A DNA stretch of 64,000 nucleotides from Candidatus Limnocylindrus sp. Its GTDB lineage: Bacteria > Chloroflexota > Limnocylindria > Limnocylindrales > Limnocylindraceae. Under the pieces are notes generated by a model. That model was not told the origin of the DNA. It saw nothing but the letters and a program-made list of their open reading frames with translations, and made no database searches. The DNA lies in the NCBI GenBank assembly GCA_040397175.1, contig JBBAWM010000001.1:25976-89975 (forward strand), given 5' to 3'. How positions within the stretch are numbered: position 1 is the first letter of the stretch; every line of letters begins with the position of its first letter. Shown here piece after piece: positions 8,978 through 18,286 of this stretch. A program made the position numbers and the translations under genes.

Positions 8978-9913
8978 ATGAGCCCAACCCGCCGCATGTG
9001 GATCGACACCGACACCGCCTCCGACGACGCGGTGGCCATTCTCCTGGCCCTCAAGCATCCAAACACTGAGGTTGTCGGCATGTCAATCGTGATCGGCAAC
9101 GTTCCCGTCGAGCTCGGCGTGCAGAACGCGCTCTACACCACTGAGTTGTGCGGCAAGAGCGTTCCTGTACACGCAGGTGCAGAGATGCCGCTCGTTCGCC
9201 CCTTCGCCACCGCGCAGCATGTGCACGGCGCCGACGGCATGGGTGACATTGGCCTACCGCTGAAGGGTCGCAAGGCAACCAGCAACAACGCGGTGCACGA
9301 AATGATCGAAGCGTTCCGCAAGGAGCCAGGAGAGCTCGAGCTCGTTGCCCTTGGGCCGCTCACAAATCTTGCACTTGCGATTCGGATTGAGCCGCAGTTC
9401 GCCAGTTGGGTGAAGCGCTGCGTGGTCATGGGCGGCACCGGCGTGCTCCCTGGCAACATCACCCCACTCGCCGAGTTCAACTGGTGGGTCGATCCTGAAG
9501 CGGTGCACATCGTCTTGGAATCCGGCATGAAGGTTGAGATGGTCGGCTGGGATGTCTCCGTGGCTGATGCAGTGATTGATGACGCACTTGCTGCGGAGTT
9601 GCGCGCGCTCGGCCCACTCGGTCAGTACAGCATCGACATTCAGCGCGTGCTACGAAAGTTCTGCGAAGAGGAGTCAAAGCTCAAGGGCTTCGACTGGCCA
9701 GATCCAATTGCCATGGCCGTCGCACTCGAGCCAGACATTGTGAGCAGCGAGGCGCACCTTCGCGTTGAGGTGTCGCTTGGCCTTGGACATGAGCGCGGAC
9801 AGACGATCGTCGATCACCTGGGCAATACGAAGCGCGAGCCAAACTGCCGCGTGGTCTATCGCGTTGATCGCGAACGGTTCCTTGAGATGATCCGAACGGC
9901 GTTCCGCGCCTAA
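8978..9913 (+). CDS. Nucleoside hydrolase (IU-NH family)
   Basis: DTDTASDD, VHGADGMG, LGPLTN, AEFNWWVDPEA; leaderless TACGAT-N6-ATG start. Confidence 0.92.
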   Translation: MSPTRRMWIDTDTASDDAVAILLALKHPNTEVVGMSIVIGNVPVELGVQNALYTTELCGKSVPVHAGAEMPLVRPFATAQHVHGADGMGDIGLPLKGRKATSNNAVHEMIEAFRKEPGELELVALGPLTNLALAIRIEPQFASWVKRCVVMGGTGVLPGNITPLAEFNWWVDPEAVHIVLESGMKVEMVGWDVSVADAVIDDALAAELRALGPLGQYSIDIQRVLRKFCEEESKLKGFDWPDPIAMAVALEPDIVSSEAHLRVEVSLGLGHERGQTIVDHLGNTKREPNCRVVYRVDRERFLEMIRTAFRA

Positions 9914-9922
9914 CCTCGCTCG

Positions 9923-10498
9923 TTACGACGCGTCAGTCGCGAGGAGCCCCATCTGAATCTCATCCCAGCGCTGCCCATCGCGGGTGATCGCGTTGCGCAT
10001 GCGCCCCTCTTCAGTGAAGCCCGCCTTGGTGTAGCAGCGCAGCGCCGCCTCGTTGAAGGCGAAGAGGGTGAGGCTGATGCGGTGGAGCCCAAGTGCCTCA
10101 AAGGCAAAGCGAGCAACAAGGCGCGTCGCCTCACTCCCAAGGCCGCGTCCGCGGGCGGCGGGTTCGCCGATCATGAGGTGAAAGGTGGCGGTGCCATTCT
10201 CGATATCGAGATTCGCCAGGGTGCAGCTGCCGATTAACTGCTCGTTGGCGCCGACACGTTCATAGAAGGCGAAGGCGAGCATCTGGGCGGTGGCGAAGCG
10301 CTCGCGAACCAGCCGTTCGACCTCTTCACCGGTGAGCGGCTCGTTGCGGTGACGGGCGAGGCGCACCAGCTCGGGGTCGGCATACCAGCGCTTGAGAGCT
10401 GGCAGCGTATCGGTGGTGTGTGGGCGCAGCGCGACGCGCTCGCCCACGAGGATCGCCTCATGTCCGCCGATTGATCCTTGGCGCTGTGATCCGACCAC
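9923..10498 (-). CDS. RimJ/RimL-type GNAT acetyltransferase
   Basis: ARGRGLGSEA, LHRISL, NEAALRCYTKAGF; GTG start preceded by TACCGT-N6. Confidence 0.85.
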   Translation of the reverse strand: MVGSQRQGSIGGHEAILVGERVALRPHTTDTLPALKRWYADPELVRLARHRNEPLTGEEVERLVRERFATAQMLAFAFYERVGANEQLIGSCTLANLDIENGTATFHLMIGEPAARGRGLGSEATRLVARFAFEALGLHRISLTLFAFNEAALRCYTKAGFTEEGRMRNAITRDGQRWDEIQMGLLATDAS

Positions 10499-10523
10499 GC
10501 GGTCACGGTATACGATCGCCCCG

Positions 10524-12263
10524 ATGCTTAGCTGGATGCAACTCGCGCGCAAGATTGAGGGCGCCTCGCGCACCTCGGAGAAGGCACGCCTCTTTGCCGA
10601 TGCGCTGCGCTCCGCCGACGACGTTGACCTTGAGGTGATCTGCCGACTCCTTGGGAGCCGCGGCACCCCCCAGGCGGGCGCGGTCTCGTGGCCAGCACTC
10701 GCCAAGGCCGTCGAGGAGGTCGCAGGCGCACCGGCCGGCTCGCTCGCCAAGATCCTCGACGAGACCGGCGATATCGGTCTCGCCGTCGAGGAGCTCCTCG
10801 AGAGCGAGCGCCCCATTGCCGGCGAGGCTGCCGCCAACGAGGAGCGTCACGCGCAGATGCGCAGCAGCGCCATTGCCAGTGCCACAGGGGTACTCCCCGT
10901 TGCAGGGTCGGGCTCGGCGCCGACCCTCCGCTCACTCCCCGAATCCTTCGCCGCCATTCGTGGGGCGAGCGGCCAGCGCCGCCACGACCTGCTGATGCAG
11001 CTCTTCTACGGCACCTCACCCATCGCGGCCAAGTACATCGTGCGCATGCTCTCTGGCGACGTGCAGATCGGATTGCGAGACGGTCTGCTTGAGAGCGCGA
11101 TCGCCTCAGCCGTTGGCGCCGAGGTGAGTGCGGTGCGCTGGGCAATGACGCTCGAGGGAGATGCCGGCCGCGTCGCCCTCCTCGCAAGAAACGGCGCCCT
11201 CGCCGAAGCGAAGCTCCACTACTTTCATCCGATCCCAGCCATGCTCGCCGCACCAGCCGCGAGTGCCGCTGACGCGATGGAGCGACTCAGCGAGATTGCC
11301 GCCGACGCTATTGCCGTTGAAGACAAGTACGACGGCATCCGCGTGCAACTGCATGTTGCCGAAGGCCAGGTGGCGCTCTACGGGCGAGACGCCAACGACA
11401 TCACCGTCGCCTTCCCAGAGATCGCCGCTGCTGCATCCCAACTTACGGGATCGATGGTGCTCGACGGCGAGATGGTCGCCTTTGAAGAGGGGCATCCCCT
11501 TCCTGCGAGCGCCGTGCAGTCGCGCTTGAGCGGAGCGGAAACCACGCTCCATGAGCGCGAGCGCAACGCGGTGCACTTCATCGTCTTCGACCTGATTGCG
11601 CAGGGCAATCAACTTCTCATTGGTGCGACGCTGCAGGAGCGTCACGCGGCGCTCACCGCAGTTGGGATCGCTGCGCACTGTGATGGGGTCATTCGAATCG
11701 CACCGCAGCGCATCGTGGCCGGTATCGAAGAGATTGAGGCGGAGTTCATTGCGGCGCGTATGCGAGGCTCCGAGGGGATCGTGCTGAAGTCCACCACCGC
11801 CGCCTACGCCCCCGGTCGCCGCGGATCGGCATGGCTGAAGTTGAAGCATCCGATTGACAGTGTTGACTGTGTGGTCGTTGGTGTCGAGTACGGAGTCGGG
11901 CGCCGTCGCACCCTCTTATCGGAGCTAACCTTCGCGGTTCGCGATGACCTCTCGGGGCGACTTACCACCCTCGGCCGCGCCTCGGCACAGTTTGGTGAGC
12001 GCGAGATGAGCGAGATGGGGCGCTGGTTTGAAGCCCATACCGTTGCCCAGCTCGGCAACTATCGCAGCGTTGAGCCACGCATCGTCGTCGAGGTCTCGTT
12101 CGACGAGCTGCGCCGTAGTGATCGCAGCGGCTCGGGCTACAGCCTGCGCGGGGCGCGCATCGTGCGCTTCCGCACCGACCTCGGCCCCGATCAGGTAGCG
12201 TCACTCTCGGCTATCGAGGCGCGCTGTCGCGCCTCAAGCGGATCGGCAGGGGAGACAGAATGA
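10524..12263 (+). CDS. ATP-dependent DNA ligase (LigB/archaeal-like)
   Basis: Motif I EDKYDGIR, LDGE, FDL, EGIVLK, Y.PGRR...WLKLK and OB domain; leaderless TACGAT-N7-ATG. Confidence 0.9.
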   Translation: MLSWMQLARKIEGASRTSEKARLFADALRSADDVDLEVICRLLGSRGTPQAGAVSWPALAKAVEEVAGAPAGSLAKILDETGDIGLAVEELLESERPIAGEAAANEERHAQMRSSAIASATGVLPVAGSGSAPTLRSLPESFAAIRGASGQRRHDLLMQLFYGTSPIAAKYIVRMLSGDVQIGLRDGLLESAIASAVGAEVSAVRWAMTLEGDAGRVALLARNGALAEAKLHYFHPIPAMLAAPAASAADAMERLSEIAADAIAVEDKYDGIRVQLHVAEGQVALYGRDANDITVAFPEIAAAASQLTGSMVLDGEMVAFEEGHPLPASAVQSRLSGAETTLHERERNAVHFIVFDLIAQGNQLLIGATLQERHAALTAVGIAAHCDGVIRIAPQRIVAGIEEIEAEFIAARMRGSEGIVLKSTTAAYAPGRRGSAWLKLKHPIDSVDCVVVGVEYGVGRRRTLLSELTFAVRDDLSGRLTTLGRASAQFGEREMSEMGRWFEAHTVAQLGNYRSVEPRIVVEVSFDELRRSDRSGSGYSLRGARIVRFRTDLGPDQVASLSAIEARCRASSGSAGETE

Positions 12264-13528
12264 GCGACCAGGCGAAGGTCACCGAACTTCGAAAGCTGAT
12301 GCCCTCAACGGAGGCGAGTATCTATCTGAATGCTGGGAGCAACGGACCAGTGCCCGCAGAGGTGGATGCCGCAATGCGCGCGGTGCATGACCAAGAGCTG
12401 CAGACGGGTCGCGCTACGGAGCACGCCATGGATGATGTCGAGGAGCGAGCAAATGAGTTGCGCGGGGTCTTCGCCGGTGTGCTCGCTACCGATCTTGAAC
12501 TGGTCGCCATTGGTCATAGCACCACAGAGTCGGTACTTCGACCAATTCTTGGCATGGAGTGGCGCGCAGGCGATCGCATCGTCACATTTGACGAAGAGTA
12601 CCCTGCGATTCGTGGCAGCCTTGCCGCACTCGCATCGCGCACCGGCGTCGTGATCCAGACGTTGTCACTCTGTAACGCGGCTGGCGAACCCCTCAGCGAT
12701 GACGAGATCGTAGCGAGCGTGCTCTCGCTGCTAGTTGCGCCAACCAAGCTGCTGCTCCTCTCCCGCGTCTCGTGGATCAGCGGCCGAGTGCTGCCCGTTG
12801 CACCGCTGCTCGCAGCAGCCCGCGCCGCGGGGATCACCACGGTGCTCGACGGTGCCCAAGGGGTCGGCGCCCTGCGCGAAGATATCGACGCGCTGAACCC
12901 CGACCTCCTCGCCTTCCCCTCGCAGAAGTGGCTCCTTGGCATCGAAGGGCTCGCCGGTATTCGCGTGTCGCGCGAGGCACTCGCCGCCGAAACATTCCGC
13001 TCGATCATCGGTGGCTACATGGCGTTCGACGGGCAGCCGCTCAATGGTGTCGGCACCTTCCGATCCGATGCGCGCCGCTACCAGGTCTCGGGGTTCAGTC
13101 GACCTTCACTCGCTGGGGCTGCGCGGGCTGCAGGCTGGCTCTCGATGCAGGTCGGCTTGCCGTGGGCGACCGAGCGCGCCCAGCGACTCGCCGCCGAGTT
13201 TCACGCCGCCGTGCGCGATCTGCCAGGGGTGCAGATGCTCGCCCCTGCAGGGGGGCACGCCACGATCGTCTCGCTCCGCGTGGCCGGCTGGAAGCCAGAA
13301 CAGCTCGTTGAGGAGCTCACACGCCGCGCCTTCGCCATCACCCGTCGCGTGCCAAGCCTCCCAGCCACCGAGGGTCTCCCAGGCTCCGCCGCCGCTCTCC
13401 GCACCTCGTGGGGCTTCTGGAACACCGAGGCCGAGGTGGCGCGCATCGCCGAACTGATCGCCCTCTTCGCCGCCCACACTCCCGAGACGCTACCGAAGCG
13501 CCCCACGATCGAAATCCTTCATGGCTAA
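12260..13528 (+). CDS. Class V PLP-dependent enzyme (cystine lyase/EgtE/isopenicillin epimerase-like)
   Basis: YLNAGSNGP, DGAQGVG, SQKWLLG (PLP lysine); no SufS/IscS catalytic-Cys motif. Confidence 0.85.
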   Translation: MSDQAKVTELRKLMPSTEASIYLNAGSNGPVPAEVDAAMRAVHDQELQTGRATEHAMDDVEERANELRGVFAGVLATDLELVAIGHSTTESVLRPILGMEWRAGDRIVTFDEEYPAIRGSLAALASRTGVVIQTLSLCNAAGEPLSDDEIVASVLSLLVAPTKLLLLSRVSWISGRVLPVAPLLAAARAAGITTVLDGAQGVGALREDIDALNPDLLAFPSQKWLLGIEGLAGIRVSREALAAETFRSIIGGYMAFDGQPLNGVGTFRSDARRYQVSGFSRPSLAGAARAAGWLSMQVGLPWATERAQRLAAEFHAAVRDLPGVQMLAPAGGHATIVSLRVAGWKPEQLVEELTRRAFAITRRVPSLPATEGLPGSAAALRTSWGFWNTEAEVARIAELIALFAAHTPETLPKRPTIEILHG

Positions 13529-13934
13529 GACACGCCGCCCACGCGGCTTCATCGGTCGTCGCATCTACCAGTTGCTGCATGCGCCGAAGCCGGTCTTTCG
13601 CGCCGTCTTCTCGAACGTCTCGATCGCTGCGCTACTAACCCTTGCGTATCTCCTCTACGACCTTCAGGTTGAGCGCGCGCTGCGCAGCGGGGCCGACCTG
13701 AGTGGCGTGATTGGTGGGAGAGATTTGCGCACCGAGGCGGCGGCACTCGTGGTGCTCGGAACGGTGCTCTTTGGCAGCCTCATCACCTACCTAATCGTTC
13801 CACAACCGCGCGCACACGGAGGCGGCACTGAGCGGTCAGGGTGGTCAGCGGTGCTCGGGCTTTTTGCCAGTTTTCCGGTGGCGTATATCGCACTGGTGAT
13901 CGAGAGTCAGTTCCTAAAGCCGCTCTTCTCGTAG
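13521..13934 (+). CDS. Hypothetical membrane protein (3 TM)
   Basis: Overlaps the upstream stop; three hydrophobic segments. Confidence 0.65.
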   Translation: MAKTRRPRGFIGRRIYQLLHAPKPVFRAVFSNVSIAALLTLAYLLYDLQVERALRSGADLSGVIGGRDLRTEAAALVVLGTVLFGSLITYLIVPQPRAHGGGTERSGWSAVLGLFASFPVAYIALVIESQFLKPLFS

Positions 13935-13947
13935 CGGTAGCGAATCA

Positions 13948-14271
13948 CTACGCCTGGCGTGTGCCGATCAAACGGTAGCCAATTCCGCGAACACTCACCA
14001 AGATCTGCGGCCGACGCTGATTGCTCTCGAACTTCTTACGCAGGCGGTTGACGGCAACGCGGAGCGCCTCGTCACCGCCGGCCCAGTTCTCCCCCCACAC
14101 GTAGTCGCGAATCTCTTGATGCGAGACCGCATCGCCAAGGCGCTCGATCAAGAGTGAGAGGAGTCGCAGCTCTGTGCCAGTAAGGGTGATCGTTCGCTCA
14201 GCAAGTCGCAGTGCGCCGCTGGAGCGATCGATCGCGATGGGCGTCGGCTCTACAGGCAGTGTGTCAGTCAT
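13948..14271 (-). CDS. Stand-alone OmpR/PhoB-type winged-helix DNA-binding protein
   Basis: LTGTELRLL...VWG...LRVAVNRLRKK...ILVSVRGIGYRL; no receiver domain. Confidence 0.85.
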   Translation of the reverse strand: MTDTLPVEPTPIAIDRSSGALRLAERTITLTGTELRLLSLLIERLGDAVSHQEIRDYVWGENWAGGDEALRVAVNRLRKKFESNQRRPQILVSVRGIGYRLIGTRQA

Positions 14272-14306
14272 GGGAGAGCGATAGTAGCGGGTCTGTAACA
14301 GTTCGT

Positions 14307-15248
14307 CTACGCCACTCTGCCCAGGGCGATAGCGACGGTCGCGACGCCCGCCAGGGCAATCCCCAACCCTTGGCGAACGTTCACGCGTTCTCCCAGTAGT
14401 AGGGCCGCAAAGATCACCGTGGTGATTGGCGCGACCGAGGTGAAGACCGCCGCCACCGCTACGCCACTCTCCCCAGACGCGAGGAAGAAGAAGAGATTTC
14501 CTGCCGTTTCGCATGTGCCTGCCACGGTAAGGAGCAACAGCAGACGCAGCCGCGGCAGTAGCCCTACAGGAATTGCACCGTCGCGAATCGGCTCATCGCC
14601 AGGTGGCCGACGGCCGACCAGGCGAGCCACAACGAAGACCAGCGCCAGCGCGGAGACGCTGGCAATACGAAGGATGGTGATGAGCCACACGGTCGAGTCT
14701 GATTGAACACCGGCGAAGATCAGGCTGAACCCCGCAAAGCAGATTCCGGCGGTGATGCCATAGATCGCACCACCGCGAGCCGCCGCGCCACTCGATGCAT
14801 CGGCGTGCGCGCCATCCTCACCAGCTACGGCATGCTCAACGGAGCTGGTCGAGACGATGATGATCGCAACGATGGCCGCCAAGAATCCAACGAGTCGAAG
14901 GGGTAATGGAATCTCACCCTGCAGGATGCTGACCCCAACGGGAATCAGTGCAGAGAGTGTGCCAGCGATGCTCGCGACTATCGAGATGCGACCGTGTGCA
15001 AATCCGTGATAGAGCAAGAGCACACCAGTGCCGCCGACAATTCCAGCGAGTGCGGTAGTGAACAGAGCAGTACCCGCCGGCGGAACGCCCCCTGTGATCA
15101 GTGCAGTGGGAATAAGGAGCGCAAGCGTCGCCGTCTGACTCGCGGCGACGACCAGGAAGGTTGGTAGCCGTCGGCTAGCGAGCCCGCCCAGGAAGTCGCC
15201 ACCACCCCACGAGAAGGCGGCGATCACGCCGAACAGTGCGCCGATCAT
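14307..15248 (-). CDS. EamA/DMT transporter
   Basis: About 10 TM helices; SWGGGDFLGG and LLGERV motifs. Confidence 0.88.
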   Translation of the reverse strand: MIGALFGVIAAFSWGGGDFLGGLASRRLPTFLVVAASQTATLALLIPTALITGGVPPAGTALFTTALAGIVGGTGVLLLYHGFAHGRISIVASIAGTLSALIPVGVSILQGEIPLPLRLVGFLAAIVAIIIVSTSSVEHAVAGEDGAHADASSGAAARGGAIYGITAGICFAGFSLIFAGVQSDSTVWLITILRIASVSALALVFVVARLVGRRPPGDEPIRDGAIPVGLLPRLRLLLLLTVAGTCETAGNLFFFLASGESGVAVAAVFTSVAPITTVIFAALLLGERVNVRQGLGIALAGVATVAIALGRVA

Positions 15249-15673
15249 GGGGCGACCCAGCGCATGCGCTGATGCGCGCCAATCTCGGGGAACTCAAAGC
15301 GCTCCCCCTCGGAGATGAAGCCAAGCCGCTCATACAAGGTGATCGCCGCCACCCGAGCGTTGCACCAGAGGTCACGCGGGGCACTCTTGTCGGCCCACCA
15401 GGCGGCGATGGCAGCACGCATGAGCGCCTCGCCGATCCCCTGGTTGCGCCACTGCGGAGCAGTCGCCGCCCCACGGAGTTGCGTGCTCGGGCCCACCACC
15501 GCATAGAGCGAGACGCAGGCGGCGAGCTCACCGCCGCTCCAGGCCCCCCAATGGGCGCCAGCGCCAGCCTCATCGCCCGGGTAGTAGGCGCTCTCCAGCG
15601 GGCGCCCAGCGCGCAGCACCGCATGGCGCAAGTTCAGGATCTCGTCGAAGGTCGAAGGCCGAATCTCCAGCAT
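15245..15673 (-). CDS. GNAT acetyltransferase (ElaA/YitI-like)
   Basis: LRHAVLR, QLRGAAT..WRNQGIG, WCNAR..A..LYERLGF; leaderless TAGCCT-N6-ATG. Confidence 0.88.
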   Translation of the reverse strand: MLEIRPSTFDEILNLRHAVLRAGRPLESAYYPGDEAGAGAHWGAWSGGELAACVSLYAVVGPSTQLRGAATAPQWRNQGIGEALMRAAIAAWWADKSAPRDLWCNARVAAITLYERLGFISEGERFEFPEIGAHQRMRWVAP

Positions 15674-15719
15674 GCGTACAGGCTACCTGCTCCCCCCGCG
15701 CATGTACTACCGTTCCCAC

Positions 15720-16817
15720 ATGCTTGACCTACCAGCACGCGAACAGCGCCCAGCCTATCCGCCACTCCCTACCACCGACCCGCTAACGGGGGAGCCGTTC
15801 AGCATGGATCTGAAGGCGGTCAAGGACGCGGTCCAGCGCACGGCAGGGAAGCTGCACGTCACACCCCTCCTCTCCTCGGTCGGTGCCGCCGATGCCGTGC
15901 GCCGCAGTGGTGGCCCACTCCTAGGCGACGGACGCGTGCGATTTAAGTCCGAGCATCTGCAGCGCAGCGGCTCGTACAAGGTCCGCGGCATGCTGAATCG
16001 TGTGGCACGACTCGTGGAGTTCTTCGGCATCGACGAGGTGAAGCGCCGCGGCATCATCACCTTTAGCGCAGGCAACGCCGCCGCCGCATACGCCTGGGCG
16101 GGCCGCGCTTACGGCATCCCGGTGGAGGTGGTCATGCCGGCGAAGGCCGTGCCTGCAAAGATCGCCGCCTGTAAGGCGTACGGAGCCACGGTGCATCTTG
16201 TTGAGGGGCACATGGGCACCGCGGGTGAGTTGAAGAACAAGCTTGTTGCAGAGCGTGGCTTCATCGATGCACACCCATTCGATGATCCGTTTGTGATCGC
16301 TGGCCACGGCAGCATGGGCATCGAGATCCTCGACCAGATTCCCGAAGCCGACGTCGTCATCGGTGGACTTGGCGGCGGCGGCATGCTCTGCGGCGCCTCT
16401 GTCGCGCTACGGGCACTGAAGCCGTCCATTCGACTCTACGGTGTTGAGCCCGATGGCTCATCGGCGGTGAAGCAGGCGGTCGACACCGGTGGTGTCGTAC
16501 CTGTCACTCCAGTAACGGTGGCCGATGGACTCGGTGCACCGTACGCTGGTTCGTGGACGCTGCCACTTGCCTCGTCAATGCTCGATGGTCTCATCACCCT
16601 TCCCGACGAAGAGATCCTTGGTGGTCTGCGGTTTGCCATGGAGCGACTCAAGCAGGTCGTTGAACCGGCCGGTGCCGCCGCACTCGCCGCACTGCTCTTT
16701 GGTCGCATCCCCGTGATTCCGGGAGACCGAGTCGTGGTGATCCTGAGTGGCGGCAATGTCGACCTCACGCGCATCCCAGAGTTCCTGGAACGCGCAACGC
16801 CGGTACCTGGCGCCTAG
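15720..16817 (+). CDS. Threonine/serine dehydratase-family PLP enzyme
   Basis: KSEHLQRSGSYKVRG, SAGN, GGGGM, EPAGAA, SGGN; leaderless TACCGT-N6-ATG at 15720. Confidence 0.9.
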   Translation: MLDLPAREQRPAYPPLPTTDPLTGEPFSMDLKAVKDAVQRTAGKLHVTPLLSSVGAADAVRRSGGPLLGDGRVRFKSEHLQRSGSYKVRGMLNRVARLVEFFGIDEVKRRGIITFSAGNAAAAYAWAGRAYGIPVEVVMPAKAVPAKIAACKAYGATVHLVEGHMGTAGELKNKLVAERGFIDAHPFDDPFVIAGHGSMGIEILDQIPEADVVIGGLGGGGMLCGASVALRALKPSIRLYGVEPDGSSAVKQAVDTGGVVPVTPVTVADGLGAPYAGSWTLPLASSMLDGLITLPDEEILGGLRFAMERLKQVVEPAGAAALAALLFGRIPVIPGDRVVVILSGGNVDLTRIPEFLERATPVPGA

Positions 16818-16881
16818 CCCGACCTCGAAGCGACGCGACTGTGCCAAACAGTCGGCACACTGATCAGGCAAGATGGTCGGC

Positions 16882-17910
16882 ATGAACGATCTACTCCTTG
16901 CACTCGCCGTCCTCTTCACTGGCATCGCCGCCGTCGCAGCAATCGCTGCAGCGCTGCGCGCCGGACGCCCAACACCGCCCGACCAGGGCACAGCAATGCA
17001 GGCGGCGCAACTTGCAGCCATGGTGCAAGGGCTTGTCGAACAATCCAATCGCGATCGCGAAAGCGTGCAACAGGCGCTCGCCGCTGGCGCAAAGGGCACC
17101 ACCGAGCAGTTGCAGCAGGTCGGTGAGCGCCTCGGCATCATCGATCGTGCGCAGCAACAGATTGAAGAGCTGAAGGGTCAGGTGGTCGATCTTGTTGGCA
17201 TCCTCGGCAGCAACCAGGCACGCGGTGCGTTTGGAGAAGTGCGCCTGGAGCAGATTGTGGAAGATGTGCTGCCGGCCGAGCTCTACGAGTTTCAGGCGAC
17301 GCTCTCCAATCGGGCACGGGTCGATTGCCTGATCCGTTTCGGCGAGCGCGGCGGCGACCTTGCCGTTGATTCAAAGTTCCCACTGGAGTCGTATCGCAGC
17401 ATGATCGCGGCGGGCGACGACGCCACGCGCATCGTTGCGGAGCGGCAGTTCAAGGTGGACGTCAAGAAACATATTGACGACATCTCGTCGAAGTACCTCA
17501 TTAAGGGCGAGACGCGCGACCTCGCCCTCATGTTCATCCCAGCGGAGTCCATCTACAGCGAGCTGCTGCAGCACTTCTCCGACCTCGTCGAATACTCGAG
17601 TAAGAAGCGCGTCTACCTCACCAGCCCAAACACCATCCACGGATGGCTCACCAACCTGCGCTCGGTCTACATCGACACCAAGATCGCCGCGCAGGCCTCG
17701 CTCATTCAGCGTGAGGTGCGCCTCATCCTCGACGACGTCGGCCGCCTCGGGGAGCGCGTCGAGAGCCTCGAGGGCCACTTCGGGCAGGCGAACAAGGACA
17801 TCGAGCAGATCAAGACCTCCGCAAAGAAGGTCCTTGACCGCGGCGAGAAGATCGAACGGGTGGAACTTAGCGCCGGCGATGACCCTGCGAGCCCAGCCCT
17901 GAAAGATTGA
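16882..17910 (+). CDS. rmuC: DNA recombination protein RmuC
   Basis: N-terminal TM, RGAFGE, VDSKFP, KKHIDDISSKY, MFIPAES. Confidence 0.93.
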   Translation: MNDLLLALAVLFTGIAAVAAIAAALRAGRPTPPDQGTAMQAAQLAAMVQGLVEQSNRDRESVQQALAAGAKGTTEQLQQVGERLGIIDRAQQQIEELKGQVVDLVGILGSNQARGAFGEVRLEQIVEDVLPAELYEFQATLSNRARVDCLIRFGERGGDLAVDSKFPLESYRSMIAAGDDATRIVAERQFKVDVKKHIDDISSKYLIKGETRDLALMFIPAESIYSELLQHFSDLVEYSSKKRVYLTSPNTIHGWLTNLRSVYIDTKIAAQASLIQREVRLILDDVGRLGERVESLEGHFGQANKDIEQIKTSAKKVLDRGEKIERVELSAGDDPASPALKD

Positions 17911-17978
17911 GTTTTCTCGGCGAATCGGCTAACGTTTTAGCAGGGCTGAAGTTCAGCTCAAACGTTAAGGGAGGGATC

Positions 17979-18149
17979 ATGGAATCAAGGAACTTGTACA
18001 TTGTGGCAGCAGTTGCCAGCCTCGCACTTTCACTCGCGCATTATTTCGGTGTCGGTTTCAAGCAGAGTGACAGCACCGCGATCTACATCGGCCTGTGGGT
18101 CCCAGCGATCCTTGCGCTCGGCAACCTGCTTGCAAAGAAGAGCAAGTGA
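17979..18149 (+). CDS. Small 2-TM membrane protein (56 aa)
   Basis: SD AAGGGAGG before the ATG; 'IYIGLWVPAILALG' segment. Confidence 0.7.
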   Translation: MESRNLYIVAAVASLALSLAHYFGVGFKQSDSTAIYIGLWVPAILALGNLLAKKSK

Positions 18150-18229
18150 ACGATCCGATCGTCTTCGTGCTTGGGTTCCTGGTGAGCCTTCCAGTTCTCT
18201 GGGCGGCGTATAAGGATCTCCGCAGCTAA
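18146..18229 (+). CDS. Small single-TM peptide (27 aa, MNDPIVFVLGFLVSLPVLWAAYKDLRS)
   Basis: GTGA overlap with the upstream stop; hydrophobic core with charged tail; terminator follows; absent from the ORF track. Confidence 0.6.
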   Translation: MNDPIVFVLGFLVSLPVLWAAYKDLRS

Positions 18230-18249
18230 CGCTGGCGATCAGATAAGGG

Positions 18250-18286
18250 CGCCTCGTTGCGGCTGATGCCGCGGCGGGGCGTTTTT
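18250..18286 (+). terminator. Intrinsic terminator
   Basis: CGCCTCGTTGCGGC-TGAT-GCCGCGGCGGGGCG followed by TTTTT. Confidence 0.7.

Noticed and set aside
10499-10837. Long N-terminal extension of the GNAT ORF overlapping the ligase
   Set aside because: A leaderless GTG start at 10498 explains the gene without overlap
12260-13528. SufS/IscS cysteine desulfurase call
   Set aside because: No RxGHHCA or SSGSAC catalytic-Cys motif
16882-17910. RmuC nuclease-fold protein as a defence system
   Set aside because: Widespread housekeeping gene with no methylase or defence neighbours
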